This document shows positions 1 through 9,781 of a DNA stretch of 64,000 nucleotides, piece after piece (positions within the stretch are counted from its first letter, which is position 1; the number at the start of each line of letters is the position of its first letter). A program made the translations under genes and the position numbers. The stretch comes from Dehalococcoidia bacterium (lineage in GTDB: Bacteria > Chloroflexota > Dehalococcoidia > Plut-88900): the NCBI GenBank assembly GCA_965207225.1, contig CBDBLV010000002.1:256001-320000 (forward strand), written 5' to 3'. The notes under the pieces were generated by a model, which was not told the origin of the DNA, made no database searches, and was given only the letters and a program-made list of their open reading frames with translations.

Positions 1-38
1 GCTATAGGGCCGACGTAAAACCGCATAGGCATAACGTT

Positions 39-79
39 GCGCCCCGACGATGATTCCCATCGACGGGGCGCCTTTTATT
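39..79 (+). terminator. Rho-independent terminator-like hairpin
   Basis: GCGCCCCG-A-CGATG-ATTCC-CATCG-A-CGGGGCGC followed by CTTTTATT. Confidence 0.6.
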
Positions 80-110
80 GCACCTAAGCACCAATGGAGA
101 CCAACCCGAA

Positions 111-1925
111 ATGACCACCGTCGAAAGAGAACCCAAGATCCAGGATAAGGCGGACCTTGACTACTCCAGGGGCATAATCCCCTACCTGCCCCAGGAAGTC
201 TCCGACTTCGAGACCGAGGTCACCCGCTTCCAGAAGGGCGGCTGGGACGACCCCCTGAAGTTCACCGCCTACCGGCTCGTCCGCGGCATCTACGGCCAGC
301 GCCAGCCCGACGTTCACATGGTCCGCATCAAGATGCCCTCCGGCTCCCTCACCGCAGACCAGCTCGAAGCCGTAGGTGAAATCGTCGACAAGTACGTGCC
401 CCTCAATAAGGGGCACGTCACCACCAGGGAGAACATCCAGCTGCACTTCGTAAAGCTGGAGGACACCCCGGAGGTGATGCGCATGCTCGGTGAAGTCGGC
501 CTTTCCACCCGAGAGGCCTGCGGCAATACAGTCCGCAACGTCATCGGCTGCCCCCTCTCCGGCGTCACCCCTGACGAGCCCTTCTACGTCGGCCCGTACC
601 TCGCAGCCTTCGCTCGCTGGTTCGTGCGGCATCCCCAGGCCCAGGCCCTCCCCCGGAAAATGAAGTGCGCCTTCGCTAGCTGCAACAACGACTGCGTGGT
701 CACCGCCATCCACGACCTCGCCTTCAAGCCCAAGCTCAGGGTTGACGAAAACGGCGTAGAGCGCCGCGGCTTCGAGATCATCACCGGCGGCGGCACCTCC
801 ATCATGCCCCGGCTCGCCTACACCCTATACGACTTCGTCCCCGTCGAAGATTACCTTCGCATCAGCGAGGCTATAATCCGTATCTTCAACCGCACCGACG
901 AACTTCGGCGTAACCGCATGAAGGCGCGCATCAAGTTCTACATCGACCGCGTGGGCATCGACGCCTTTCGCGAAGAGGTGGAGGAGGAGCTAAAGCAGCC
1001 CTGGGCCCAGGAGTCCTACGACCCCACCCCCCTCATGGAACTCCCACCCGAGCTCATCGACAATCCCCCCGCCCCCGTCCCCGCCGAGACCAACGGCCAC
1101 CACGACCCCGCCTACGAACGATGGCTGTCAACCAACGTCCGGGCCCAGAAGCAGGACGGTTACAACGTGGTCACCGTCAAACTCCCCCTGGGTGACATCT
1201 CCACAGAGCAGTTTCCTATCCTCGGACGTATCGCCCGCGAATTCGCCGGGGGCCGAGTCCGCACCACCGTCGAGCAGAACCTCGTCTACCGCTGGGTGCC
1301 GACAGGCGTACTCAAGGAAGTCTGGCGACAGCTCAAGGACGCGGGTCTCGGGGAGGCGGGCGCCGGAGAGATCAGCGACGTCGTGTCCTGCCCCGGTACC
1401 GATAGCTGCAAGCTGGGCATTACCTCTTCCATGGGGCTCGGGCAGGCCGTAGGCCAGGCCCTCAAGGAGGCGGCCTATGATGACCCCCTGGTCAGGTCCC
1501 TCCACGTCAAGATAAGCGGCTGCCCCAACGGCTGCGCCCGACACCACATCGCCAACATCGGTTTCCACGGCGCCGCCACCCGGGGCGCCAATAAGAGCCA
1601 GATCCCTTCCTATGAGCTCTTCATCGGCGGCAGCTTCGGCAGCGATGAGGCCGCCCGGTTTGGCAAGCGCGTAAAGACCAAGGTCCCGGCAAAGAAGGTC
1701 CCGAGCCTCGTTCAGGACATCGTACGCTACTACCAGGCCGAGCGAGAACCCCGGGAGGTCTTCAACCGCTTCGTGGACCGCGTAGGCACCGAACCCTTCG
1801 AGACCCTCGCTGGCGCTTACAAGGAGACCGGCCCCCTCAACCGGGACACCATAGGCACCTACATGGACTGGGGCAAGACCCGCATGTTCAAGGTCGAACG
1901 CGGCGAAGGAGAGTGTGCCGTATAG
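111..1925 (+). CDS. Ferredoxin-dependent nitrite/sulfite reductase (siroheme, 4Fe-4S)
   Basis: Motifs HVTTRENIQLH, ACGNTVRN, SCPGTDSC and ISGCPNGC. ATG at 111, downstream of GGAG, is preferred over TTG at 78. Confidence 0.9.
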   Translation: MTTVEREPKIQDKADLDYSRGIIPYLPQEVSDFETEVTRFQKGGWDDPLKFTAYRLVRGIYGQRQPDVHMVRIKMPSGSLTADQLEAVGEIVDKYVPLNKGHVTTRENIQLHFVKLEDTPEVMRMLGEVGLSTREACGNTVRNVIGCPLSGVTPDEPFYVGPYLAAFARWFVRHPQAQALPRKMKCAFASCNNDCVVTAIHDLAFKPKLRVDENGVERRGFEIITGGGTSIMPRLAYTLYDFVPVEDYLRISEAIIRIFNRTDELRRNRMKARIKFYIDRVGIDAFREEVEEELKQPWAQESYDPTPLMELPPELIDNPPAPVPAETNGHHDPAYERWLSTNVRAQKQDGYNVVTVKLPLGDISTEQFPILGRIAREFAGGRVRTTVEQNLVYRWVPTGVLKEVWRQLKDAGLGEAGAGEISDVVSCPGTDSCKLGITSSMGLGQAVGQALKEAAYDDPLVRSLHVKISGCPNGCARHHIANIGFHGAATRGANKSQIPSYELFIGGSFGSDEAARFGKRVKTKVPAKKVPSLVQDIVRYYQAEREPREVFNRFVDRVGTEPFETLAGAYKETGPLNRDTIGTYMDWGKTRMFKVERGEGECAV

Positions 1926-1932
1926 AGGTCGC

Positions 1933-2301
1933 ATGGGCATAAGCCGCTCCCGCGCCCAGGACTACGCCGAGCAGATCCTCGAAAGGCCCCGCGCCGCCAT
2001 CGACTTGATCATCAGGCGCTCTAAGTCAGGTGTGACTTTGCTGCACAGGGGAAGAGCCGTTACCAAGTGCCACGCAACTGGCGTCGGCGAAATGCAGGCC
2101 GAGTTCATGGCCATCGCCCTCGGCACTGAGCTCCCAGCACTGGGGGATGCGGTTTCCGTCCAGGTTCCCGCCGGCGCTTTCTACCGCGCCATTGCCATCT
2201 CTTCCCTTGACCTCCGCAGACCCGAGGCCCGCCTCCTCCTCAAACAGCACCTCGCCACCGCCCAGATGCAGCGCACCAGCATGCGCAGCATAGAGGCCTG
2301 A
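1933..2301 (+). CDS. Hypothetical protein
   Basis: GAGG SD before ATG 1933; host-like codon usage; 7 nt after the reductase stop. Confidence 0.65.
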   Translation: MGISRSRAQDYAEQILERPRAAIDLIIRRSKSGVTLLHRGRAVTKCHATGVGEMQAEFMAIALGTELPALGDAVSVQVPAGAFYRAIAISSLDLRRPEARLLLKQHLATAQMQRTSMRSIEA

Positions 2302-2314
2302 TCGGTACACGAGC

Positions 2315-2659
2315 ATGTTACTCGTAATCGAAATCGAAGAGTCCGAGAACAGCCTCTTCGCCGTCACCCGCAGCTTTCAAACCATGGAAGACCCGAGGCC
2401 CGTCTCCCGGGTGCAGACCTACGGCCCTGACGGATCAGAAGACATGTTTGAAGTGGTAGGCTGGTCCGAAGAAGGGCCCGGTACGGCCTTCGTAGCCCTC
2501 GTAGATGACTCTGGAGAGGGGTCTGCTCTCCTCGTCTACGGTCGCGAAGAAGGCATCCGCCTGCGCCCCGAGAACTCAATCCTCGACTGGTCTCTCGAAG
2601 AACCCTCCCAATGGGGCGAACCCTTCCTCCTCCTCTCTCGCGACACCCTAGCCGACTAA
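2315..2659 (+). CDS. Hypothetical acidic protein
   Basis: 114-aa ORF at operon spacing, host-like codon usage. Confidence 0.65.
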   Translation: MLLVIEIEESENSLFAVTRSFQTMEDPRPVSRVQTYGPDGSEDMFEVVGWSEEGPGTAFVALVDDSGEGSALLVYGREEGIRLRPENSILDWSLEEPSQWGEPFLLLSRDTLAD

Positions 2660-2684
2660 GGCCTTTGCCCATCCACGGTCCTGC

Positions 2685-3737
2685 TCACAGTAGCAGGATT
2701 ATCGTGATCCCGCTGAACATCGCCGTTATCCCCACTATCCCTGCCAGGTTCATCCGTTCCCTCAGTACCACCACCGAGAGCATCGTAGTCCAGAATATCT
2801 GCGTCGATCCCAGCACGGCGGAAATTGAGAGGCCAGCTCGCTCTATGCCTATAAGGAACAGCATGCTCGCTACCCCCAACAGCCCTGCCCCATTGGCAAT
2901 GGCCACCCCCGCCAGCCGGAACGACCAACCCGAATGGTATACCCTCCTCCTACGCACCGAATCCCGATGGGCCGCGCCCCCTGGTCCTCTCCCCCCAATC
3001 CTCAACGACCTGGCAGCCGTCCTCGCAACAAGGCTCTGCGACACCGCCATCTTGACCCTGTCCCCAAAGCGTAGCTTTGCTCCTTCCTCACTCGGGATGA
3101 GTATCTCGCTCACCCCCAGCCACGACATAATGGTCAGGAAGATGCACACCGCAGATAGCCGGAGCACGTTCAACGTCGGTGGGTCCATCTCCCGCAACGC
3201 GTAGCCCTGCACCGTAAGCCCCGACACCCAGAACGCGGACACTATCGATAGCAGGAATACGCCCTTGAATCCTAGCCACGACGCCTGGTTCTCATCCGTA
3301 TGCTTGCGCTGCCCAAAGCTCAGCAGGTACACCCCCGTGACTACTACTATCACGCCCCCAATATCGAACGCGCTGGGGGTCTCTCGTAGTATCAGGATCC
3401 CGGAGAGCAGCGAGAAGATCGACAGCAACCCAGCCATGATCGGCCAAGCCTTGCTGATGTCCACGTTCCGCAGGAAGAGCAGGTAAAGCGGCTCCCCCAG
3501 TCCGATGTTGATGAGCCCGCCGAGAATGCCCAGCACAACGTGCGTAGTAGGGATGTGTGGAATCGCAGCAATGTCCGAGGTCGTCAGCACGAACACTAGC
3601 GCTGCCAGCGCCCCTCCCCCCGCTCCCAGGGCCCCCAGTGTAAGGGGCCTGAATCTCGTCACCAGCCTCTTCTGCACAATGCCCGTAATGGAAAAGACCA
3701 GCGTGGACGCCAGTACTGCCAGTTCGCCTATTGGCAT
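2685..3737 (-). CDS. DMT/EamA family transporter
   Basis: About 10 hydrophobic segments in two EamA-like halves, each ending LRE...GG/LRER...GI. Confidence 0.8.
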   Translation of the reverse strand: MPIGELAVLASTLVFSITGIVQKRLVTRFRPLTLGALGAGGGALAALVFVLTTSDIAAIPHIPTTHVVLGILGGLINIGLGEPLYLLFLRNVDISKAWPIMAGLLSIFSLLSGILILRETPSAFDIGGVIVVVTGVYLLSFGQRKHTDENQASWLGFKGVFLLSIVSAFWVSGLTVQGYALREMDPPTLNVLRLSAVCIFLTIMSWLGVSEILIPSEEGAKLRFGDRVKMAVSQSLVARTAARSLRIGGRGPGGAAHRDSVRRRRVYHSGWSFRLAGVAIANGAGLLGVASMLFLIGIERAGLSISAVLGSTQIFWTTMLSVVVLRERMNLAGIVGITAMFSGITIILLL

Positions 3738-3827
3738 GTCAGCTTCTTTTCATTGCAAGCGTTCATCCGTCAGGCGCAATATAATACTCTGCATACCACG
3801 GCTTAACACTCCAAAGGGGAGCAATAT

Positions 3828-5159
3828 ATGGTGGAAAGCATGACCGGCCTCTCCCTTACGACTAATGAAGAATGGATCGAGGCTGGGGAGCAGTGGGCCC
3901 TAAACACCTGGCACAAGTTTCCCATCGTCCCCGCCCGAGGCCTCGGCTGCTCCCTGTGGGACGTTGAAGGCAACGAGTTTCTCGACATGATGTCCGGCCA
4001 GCTGTGCGTATCCGTCGGGCATTCCCACCCCCGACTCCTTGACGCCGTCGCACGGCAGTCGGCCCTCCTAATGCAGACCGGATCGTCCTTCACGACTCCC
4101 CAGGAGGTTGAACTTTCCAGGCGCCTGACCGAGCTCACCCCCGGAGATCTGCAGAAGCCCTTCTATGGATGTACGGGCTCAGACTCTGTAGAAACCGCTA
4201 TCCGTATCGCCCGCTTCGCCACCGGCCGCCACGAGATGGTCGCCCTATCCGAAAGCTATCACGGCCTCTCCCTCGGGTCCTGGAGCGTGACCGGACGCGG
4301 CTACCGTCGAGGACATCCGGAGTACGGTCCCGCTATGCCGGGCGTCACCTTCATCCCCACCCCCAACTCCTACCGTTGCCGCATCTGCTCCAATGGGGGA
4401 TGCTCCTCTCTCGCCTGCTTCGACTATTCCGTGGAAATGATCGACCTCAATACCACAGGAGAACCCGCTGCGGTCATCATCGAGCCGGTGCTCGGCGGAC
4501 CCATCGTCGTCCCTCCCCCCGAGTACGTGCAGGCCCTCCGACGCTTCTGCACCGAGAGGGGCGCCCTCCTCATTATGGACGAGGCCCTAACTGGCCTCGG
4601 GCGTACCGGCAAATGGTTCGCCGCCGAGCACCACAATGTTATCCCCGACATTATGACCCTATCCAAGAGCCTGGGTGGAGCCGTGCCCCTCAGCGCAACC
4701 CTGGTATCGGAGTCCGCAGCCCGAAAACTCGAAGACGGCGGATATTATCAGAGCACCTCCCACAGTGGTGACCCATTCCTTTGCGGAGTCGGCCTCGCCA
4801 ATCTGGACATCATCGAGGACGAAGGGCTGGTAGAGAGGGCGGAAGTGATGGGAGGATATTTCCGTTCCGGCCTTGAGAGCCTGAAGGACCAGTACGAGAT
4901 AGTCGGGGACGTGAGGGGCGTGGGGCTGCTGCTGGGAATGGAGATCGTCACCGACAAGGCCTCCGCCACCCCCGCCCCCGACCTTATGACCCATATCACC
5001 GACTACTGCCTGGACAAGGGCCTCATACTCTTCACCACGCCCGGCACACCCATAATCCGCATTGCGCCGCCCCTGGTCATCGGAAAACCGGAAATAGACC
5101 GAGCCCTCACCGTGATAGAAGAGGTCATACGAGCCGTTTCCGAAGGTGCTGGACGCTAG
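3828..5159 (+). CDS. Class III PLP-dependent aminotransferase
   Basis: LWDVEGNEFLD, AAVIIEP, LLIMDEALTGLGRTG, PDIMTLSKSLGG (PLP lysine). Confidence 0.92.
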   Translation: MVESMTGLSLTTNEEWIEAGEQWALNTWHKFPIVPARGLGCSLWDVEGNEFLDMMSGQLCVSVGHSHPRLLDAVARQSALLMQTGSSFTTPQEVELSRRLTELTPGDLQKPFYGCTGSDSVETAIRIARFATGRHEMVALSESYHGLSLGSWSVTGRGYRRGHPEYGPAMPGVTFIPTPNSYRCRICSNGGCSSLACFDYSVEMIDLNTTGEPAAVIIEPVLGGPIVVPPPEYVQALRRFCTERGALLIMDEALTGLGRTGKWFAAEHHNVIPDIMTLSKSLGGAVPLSATLVSESAARKLEDGGYYQSTSHSGDPFLCGVGLANLDIIEDEGLVERAEVMGGYFRSGLESLKDQYEIVGDVRGVGLLLGMEIVTDKASATPAPDLMTHITDYCLDKGLILFTTPGTPIIRIAPPLVIGKPEIDRALTVIEEVIRAVSEGAGR

Positions 5160-5178
5160 ACGAAAGAGGAGAACAGCA

Positions 5179-6948
5179 ATGTCATACCCCGGAATCGAAA
5201 GCATGCGCCCGACCTACATGGGCACAACCCACATGGTCGCCGCCGGACACTACCTCGCCGCCGAGGCCGGTTATCGCATCCTGGAACAGGGCGGCAACGC
5301 CATAGACGCGGGGGTGGCCGCCGGAATCGCCATCAACGTCCTGCTGCCGGAGAGCACCAACTTCGGTGGTGTAGCGCCCATCATCATCTACCTCGCCGAA
5401 TCCGACTCAGTGGTCACCATAAGCGGCCTGGGGCGCTGGCCCCGCGCCGCCAACATTGATTACTACATGGAACACGCCGGAGGCGAGATTCCAAAGGGCA
5501 TTCTCCAGAGCGTCCTTCCCGCCGCCCCCGACGCCTGGCTCACCGCTCTGGAGCGCTACGGCACCAAGACCTTCGCCGAAGTCGTGACCCCGGCCCTGCA
5601 GTTGGCCAGGGACGGCTTCCCCATGAACCCGGTCACTTACGAAGGCCTCCTGGATGACGCCGACCCTGTCACCGGCGCCCTCGGACGCTGGCCCACCACC
5701 CGAGAGATATTTATGCCCGACGGCCGCGTGCCCCCAGTCGGCAGCCTGTTTGTGCAGTCCGACCTCGGCCGCACCTTCCGGCGCCTCGCCGATGTGGAAG
5801 CCGCCAACGCTCGCCTGGGCAGGGCCGGGGCTCTGCGCGCCGCCCGCGATTACTTCTACAAGGGCGACATTGCCCGCGAAATGGCCCGCTTCAGCGAGGA
5901 GCAAGGCGGCCTCATAAGCTATCAGGACCTCCACGACTTCACCGTCAGAATCGAGGCCCCCGTAAAGGCCCGTTTCCGTGACTACGAGATCTACACCTGC
6001 GGCCCCTGGTGCCAGGGCCCGGTGGTCGGACAGGTGCTCCAGATGCTGGAAGACGACGACCTGGAAGGCATGGGCCACAACTCGCCCGACTACCTCCACC
6101 TCTACGCCGAGGCCATGAACATGGCCTTTTCCGACCGGCACCAATACTACGGAGACCCAGACTTTATAGACGTCCCAATAGAAGGCATCCTGTCCAAAGG
6201 GTACACAAAGACCCGCCGCTCTGACGTAAACATGGCCCAGGCAGTGGGCCAAATGCCCGCACCCGGCAACCCCTGGGCCTACCAGCGACCTCCCAGAGGC
6301 GATAAGCGCGCATTCAGTCCGAGCAATGCAAAGCCCTCGTCCCTCGCCGGAGTCTCCGCAGCCGATACCAGCTACACCTGTGTGGTGGACAAGTGGGGCA
6401 ACGCCTTCTCTGCCACGCCCTCTGATCCAGTTTCGGAAACGCCGATAGTCGAGGATCTCGGCTTTGTGATGTCTGGCAGGGGTTACCAGGGGTGGCTAGA
6501 CCCTGACATGCCGTCTAGCCTCGGCCCTTGGAAGCGGCCCCGCCTGACCCCCAACCCTGCTATCGCATTTAAGAACGGCAAGCTGTTCATGCCCTTTGGC
6601 TGCCCCGGCGGCGACGCCCAGCCCCAGGGCATGATCCAGACCTTCCTGAACATCGCCATATTCGGCATGAGGCCCCAGCAAGCCATTGAGGCCCCCCGGG
6701 TAACGACCTGGAACTTCCCCAACTCCTTCTGGCCTCACACCTACCTCCCGGGACGCCTGCGCGTAGAAGGCAGAATCTCTCCCGAGACATGCGTCGACCT
6801 TCAAAGTAGGGGTCATGACGTGGAGGTCATCCCCGAACTCTCCCAGGCCTATTCGTCTTCAGTCTCGGCCATAACGGTTGACCACGAAAATGGTGTGCTG
6901 ATGGGCGGCGCCGACCCCCGCAGGGAGACCTACGTCATGGGGCGCTAG
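5179..6948 (+). CDS. Gamma-glutamyltransferase family (Ntn hydrolase)
   Basis: GGNAIDAGVAA, DTSYTCVVDKWGN (catalytic Thr), GCPGGDAQPQ, GGADPRR; AGGAG SD before ATG 5179. Confidence 0.9.
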   Translation: MSYPGIESMRPTYMGTTHMVAAGHYLAAEAGYRILEQGGNAIDAGVAAGIAINVLLPESTNFGGVAPIIIYLAESDSVVTISGLGRWPRAANIDYYMEHAGGEIPKGILQSVLPAAPDAWLTALERYGTKTFAEVVTPALQLARDGFPMNPVTYEGLLDDADPVTGALGRWPTTREIFMPDGRVPPVGSLFVQSDLGRTFRRLADVEAANARLGRAGALRAARDYFYKGDIAREMARFSEEQGGLISYQDLHDFTVRIEAPVKARFRDYEIYTCGPWCQGPVVGQVLQMLEDDDLEGMGHNSPDYLHLYAEAMNMAFSDRHQYYGDPDFIDVPIEGILSKGYTKTRRSDVNMAQAVGQMPAPGNPWAYQRPPRGDKRAFSPSNAKPSSLAGVSAADTSYTCVVDKWGNAFSATPSDPVSETPIVEDLGFVMSGRGYQGWLDPDMPSSLGPWKRPRLTPNPAIAFKNGKLFMPFGCPGGDAQPQGMIQTFLNIAIFGMRPQQAIEAPRVTTWNFPNSFWPHTYLPGRLRVEGRISPETCVDLQSRGHDVEVIPELSQAYSSSVSAITVDHENGVLMGGADPRRETYVMGR

Positions 6949-8686
6949 GTTCCCTGTTCATCCGTCGTCTCACCGTCCACACGATTGCCAGCAGAGCTGC
7001 TGCCCCGAGCAACACCAACACCGAAACGGCGGACATCATCGGCCCGTATTCCGCACTCCTGCCGGACCAGATGTTCATCGGCAGCGTCTCGAAACCTCGG
7101 GCCTTCAGCAGCAGCGCCACGATCACTTCGTTGAAGGACACCAAGAATGCCAGGAACCCCGCTATCGCTATCGCCGGGTAAAGCTGAGGCAGCAACACCC
7201 TCCTGACAACCGTGAGTCGGTTTGCCCCCAGGCTTAGCGCCACCCTCTCCTGGATCGGGTCAATGTTCCTCATCGCTGCAGTGAGCACGATTATCACGTA
7301 TGGCAGGGCCAAGACTGTGTGGGGAAACACTATTCCAGGTATCGTGCCCAGCAGGTGGCGCAGTATCTGGCTATGGAAATAAAGGTGAAAAAGGGCTCCC
7401 GCTGTCACGACCGTCGGGACTACCAGCGGAGACATGACAAATCCGTTGAATAGCCCCCGCCCCGGCACCCGAGATCGCACCAGGAAATAGGACACGATTC
7501 CCCCCAGCACCAGCGCCAGCATGGTAACCAGCCCCCCGATTACCAGGCTGTTGAACGTGGCCTCGGGCCAGTCCAGCAACGGGTCCGCCGAGGTGAAGTA
7601 GTCTCTGTACCACTTCAAGGTGATTCCCCTTAGAGGGAATACCAGGAACGATGATGTGCTGAATGACATCATCACTATCATAGCGGTGGGAAGGAGCAGG
7701 TAAACGCATATCACCCCCACTCCCAACCCCAGAAACGTCCGCCTCCTGGAGGGTTGTCCTCTGTCTTCCCCCCCGAGCCCCGTCAATGCCTCCCCCGCTT
7801 GATACAGAGGCCTGAATCCGACCCATCTCACGAATGCCAGGTAGATGATCAACACACCTGCTAGGGTTACTATGGCCAGTGCGGAGTTGAACTGCCCTCC
7901 TCCCCTCAAGTGGGAAGCAATGCCCCGGTGCGGGACGTTGCCAAGGATATCCGGCGCCGCAAAGGAGCTGATGCTCAGCACCACTACCAGCAGCACTCCC
8001 GCCCACACCCCCGGCATGCTCATCGGTAGGTACACCCTCAGGAAGCTTCGCACTGGGCCCGCGCCCAAATTGTTGGCGACCATCATGAAGGCCCGGGGTA
8101 TTCCCCTCATGCCAGCGTAGATGCATAGGACCATGAAGGGCAGCAGGGTCTGGATCATCCCGATCTCTACGGCCGGCCCCGAGAACAGGATCGACAAAGG
8201 CTCATCGATTATCCCAAGTCCGGTCAACGCTTCGTTGATCCAGCCCCTCCTCCCCAGGACCACCCGCCAGATTGAAGTCTGCGCCACAAAATGAGTCAGG
8301 AACGGTACGATAACCGCCATCAGGGCCAGGTTTCGCCTCCAACCGTCACTCGAGGCCAGGTAGTACGCCACGGGATACCCCAGGACCAGGCACAGAGCTG
8401 TAGTCACCAGCGTCTGCTCCAGTGTGATCTCCCACCACACTTGGGTTACCGAACTAAAAAGCGCCCTTTCGTACTGATCCAGCGTGAATGGCCCCCGACC
8501 CCCAAAGCTCGCCTCCAATACGCTCACCAGCGGCACCACAAAGAAAATCGCCAGCAGCAATACTACCGGCGTAAGCAATATCAGCGTATTTCCGTCCCAC
8601 CGCACCCACCCGGCCCGAAGCAATGCTCTGCCTTCGCCGTTCCGGATCCCAATGGCGGCCCTGCGTACTGAGCCTAAAACAGCCAA
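6935..8686 (-). CDS. Fused PotB/PotC-like ABC transporter permease
   Basis: Two BPD_transp_1-like halves with EAA-type loops (ANNLGAGP, ALSLGANR); LGYPVAY motif. Confidence 0.8.
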   Translation of the reverse strand: MAVLGSVRRAAIGIRNGEGRALLRAGWVRWDGNTLILLTPVVLLLAIFFVVPLVSVLEASFGGRGPFTLDQYERALFSSVTQVWWEITLEQTLVTTALCLVLGYPVAYYLASSDGWRRNLALMAVIVPFLTHFVAQTSIWRVVLGRRGWINEALTGLGIIDEPLSILFSGPAVEIGMIQTLLPFMVLCIYAGMRGIPRAFMMVANNLGAGPVRSFLRVYLPMSMPGVWAGVLLVVVLSISSFAAPDILGNVPHRGIASHLRGGGQFNSALAIVTLAGVLIIYLAFVRWVGFRPLYQAGEALTGLGGEDRGQPSRRRTFLGLGVGVICVYLLLPTAMIVMMSFSTSSFLVFPLRGITLKWYRDYFTSADPLLDWPEATFNSLVIGGLVTMLALVLGGIVSYFLVRSRVPGRGLFNGFVMSPLVVPTVVTAGALFHLYFHSQILRHLLGTIPGIVFPHTVLALPYVIIVLTAAMRNIDPIQERVALSLGANRLTVVRRVLLPQLYPAIAIAGFLAFLVSFNEVIVALLLKARGFETLPMNIWSGRSAEYGPMMSAVSVLVLLGAAALLAIVWTVRRRMNREPSAP

Positions 8687-8773
8687 TCTCTACTCCGTTG
8701 CCTATCGACAGTTCGGCGACAACTGTATTGGTTGAGTAATGACATGGCAACTACCTAGGATTGCCAGTAAGGG

Positions 8774-8813
8774 ACAAAGAAATCGGGCGCTGGGATGTCC
8801 CCAACGCCCGATT
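8774..8813 (-). terminator. Rho-independent terminator after ABC-2 permease
   Basis: AATCGGGCG...CGCCCGATT stem with TCTTTGT tail on the minus strand. Confidence 0.6.
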
Positions 8814-8860
8814 GCGACTTCAGTCTGATGACAAAGGGAGAGGATCGATCTTCGTCCTGG

Positions 8861-9781
8861 CTACGACCTTATCTCTTCCCGGATAAATTTTGTGTAGGAG
8901 ACGGCCAGGAAGACCACCACTGCGGATATCATGGCCACTATGTGGGGCCACACCAGCCGCAGGCTCTGCACAGCCGAAATGGGACTGCTCAGCAGGCCCG
9001 GGACCTGCTCTTGGAGAAACACTCCAAGGCTGCGAACGGTCGGGTTCAGCAGGGTGTCCGCGGCTTCCGAGAATAGGAAAGACGGTGAGACCCGTGATAT
9101 CCAGGTCTCTATGTTGAAGTGCTCGATTGCCGTTTCCTGGTCCACTATATCGCCGACAAAGAAGTCCGCAATGGCCCCTGCCACCAGTATCAGGAAGAAC
9201 GTTGATAGCAGCCACAGCCCTATCGCCACCATCGCCGAGACTACTGTGCTCCTGAAGAATATGGAGGCAGCCATCGACACCGCCAGCCACAACCCCAGGT
9301 AGGCTATCGACACTATCGCGAAGCCCACCAGCCGGATAATCTCCTCTCCGTCCGGCACTATGCCCAACGAAGCCATCGTAGCCCCGACAATCCCCAGTAT
9401 CGTCGATATCTGGATAACCGCCAGAGTTGCCAGCCCGGCCAGGAACTTCCCGTTGTACACCGAGTCCCGATGCACTGGGTTTGACAACACCCGGGCCAAC
9501 GTTCCCTGGGTCCGTTCACTGTTGATGCTGTCGAACCCAAGAATAATCCCGGCCAGCGGCCCGAAGAAGCTTATGAAGAATAGGAGAGAGGGCAATACGT
9601 CGGTGCTGGAAGAGAACACCTTCAGAAAGAGAAACTCCTCCCGACTGCTGGCCGCATCTTGCACAGTCCCGAAAATCACCGACAGCGCCCAGATTATCGC
9701 TAGTAGCACTAGCGCCAGCAGGAAGATAAACCTCCTCCTGCCGAAATGGTCGGCCATCTCTTTCCAGAAGATTGCGCCCAT
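8861..9781 (-). CDS. ABC-2 type exporter permease
   Basis: GFDSINSERTQGTLARVLSNPV...GKFLA motif; about 6 TM segments. Confidence 0.85.
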   Translation of the reverse strand: MGAIFWKEMADHFGRRRFIFLLALVLLAIIWALSVIFGTVQDAASSREEFLFLKVFSSSTDVLPSLLFFISFFGPLAGIILGFDSINSERTQGTLARVLSNPVHRDSVYNGKFLAGLATLAVIQISTILGIVGATMASLGIVPDGEEIIRLVGFAIVSIAYLGLWLAVSMAASIFFRSTVVSAMVAIGLWLLSTFFLILVAGAIADFFVGDIVDQETAIEHFNIETWISRVSPSFLFSEAADTLLNPTVRSLGVFLQEQVPGLLSSPISAVQSLRLVWPHIVAMISAVVVFLAVSYTKFIREEIRS

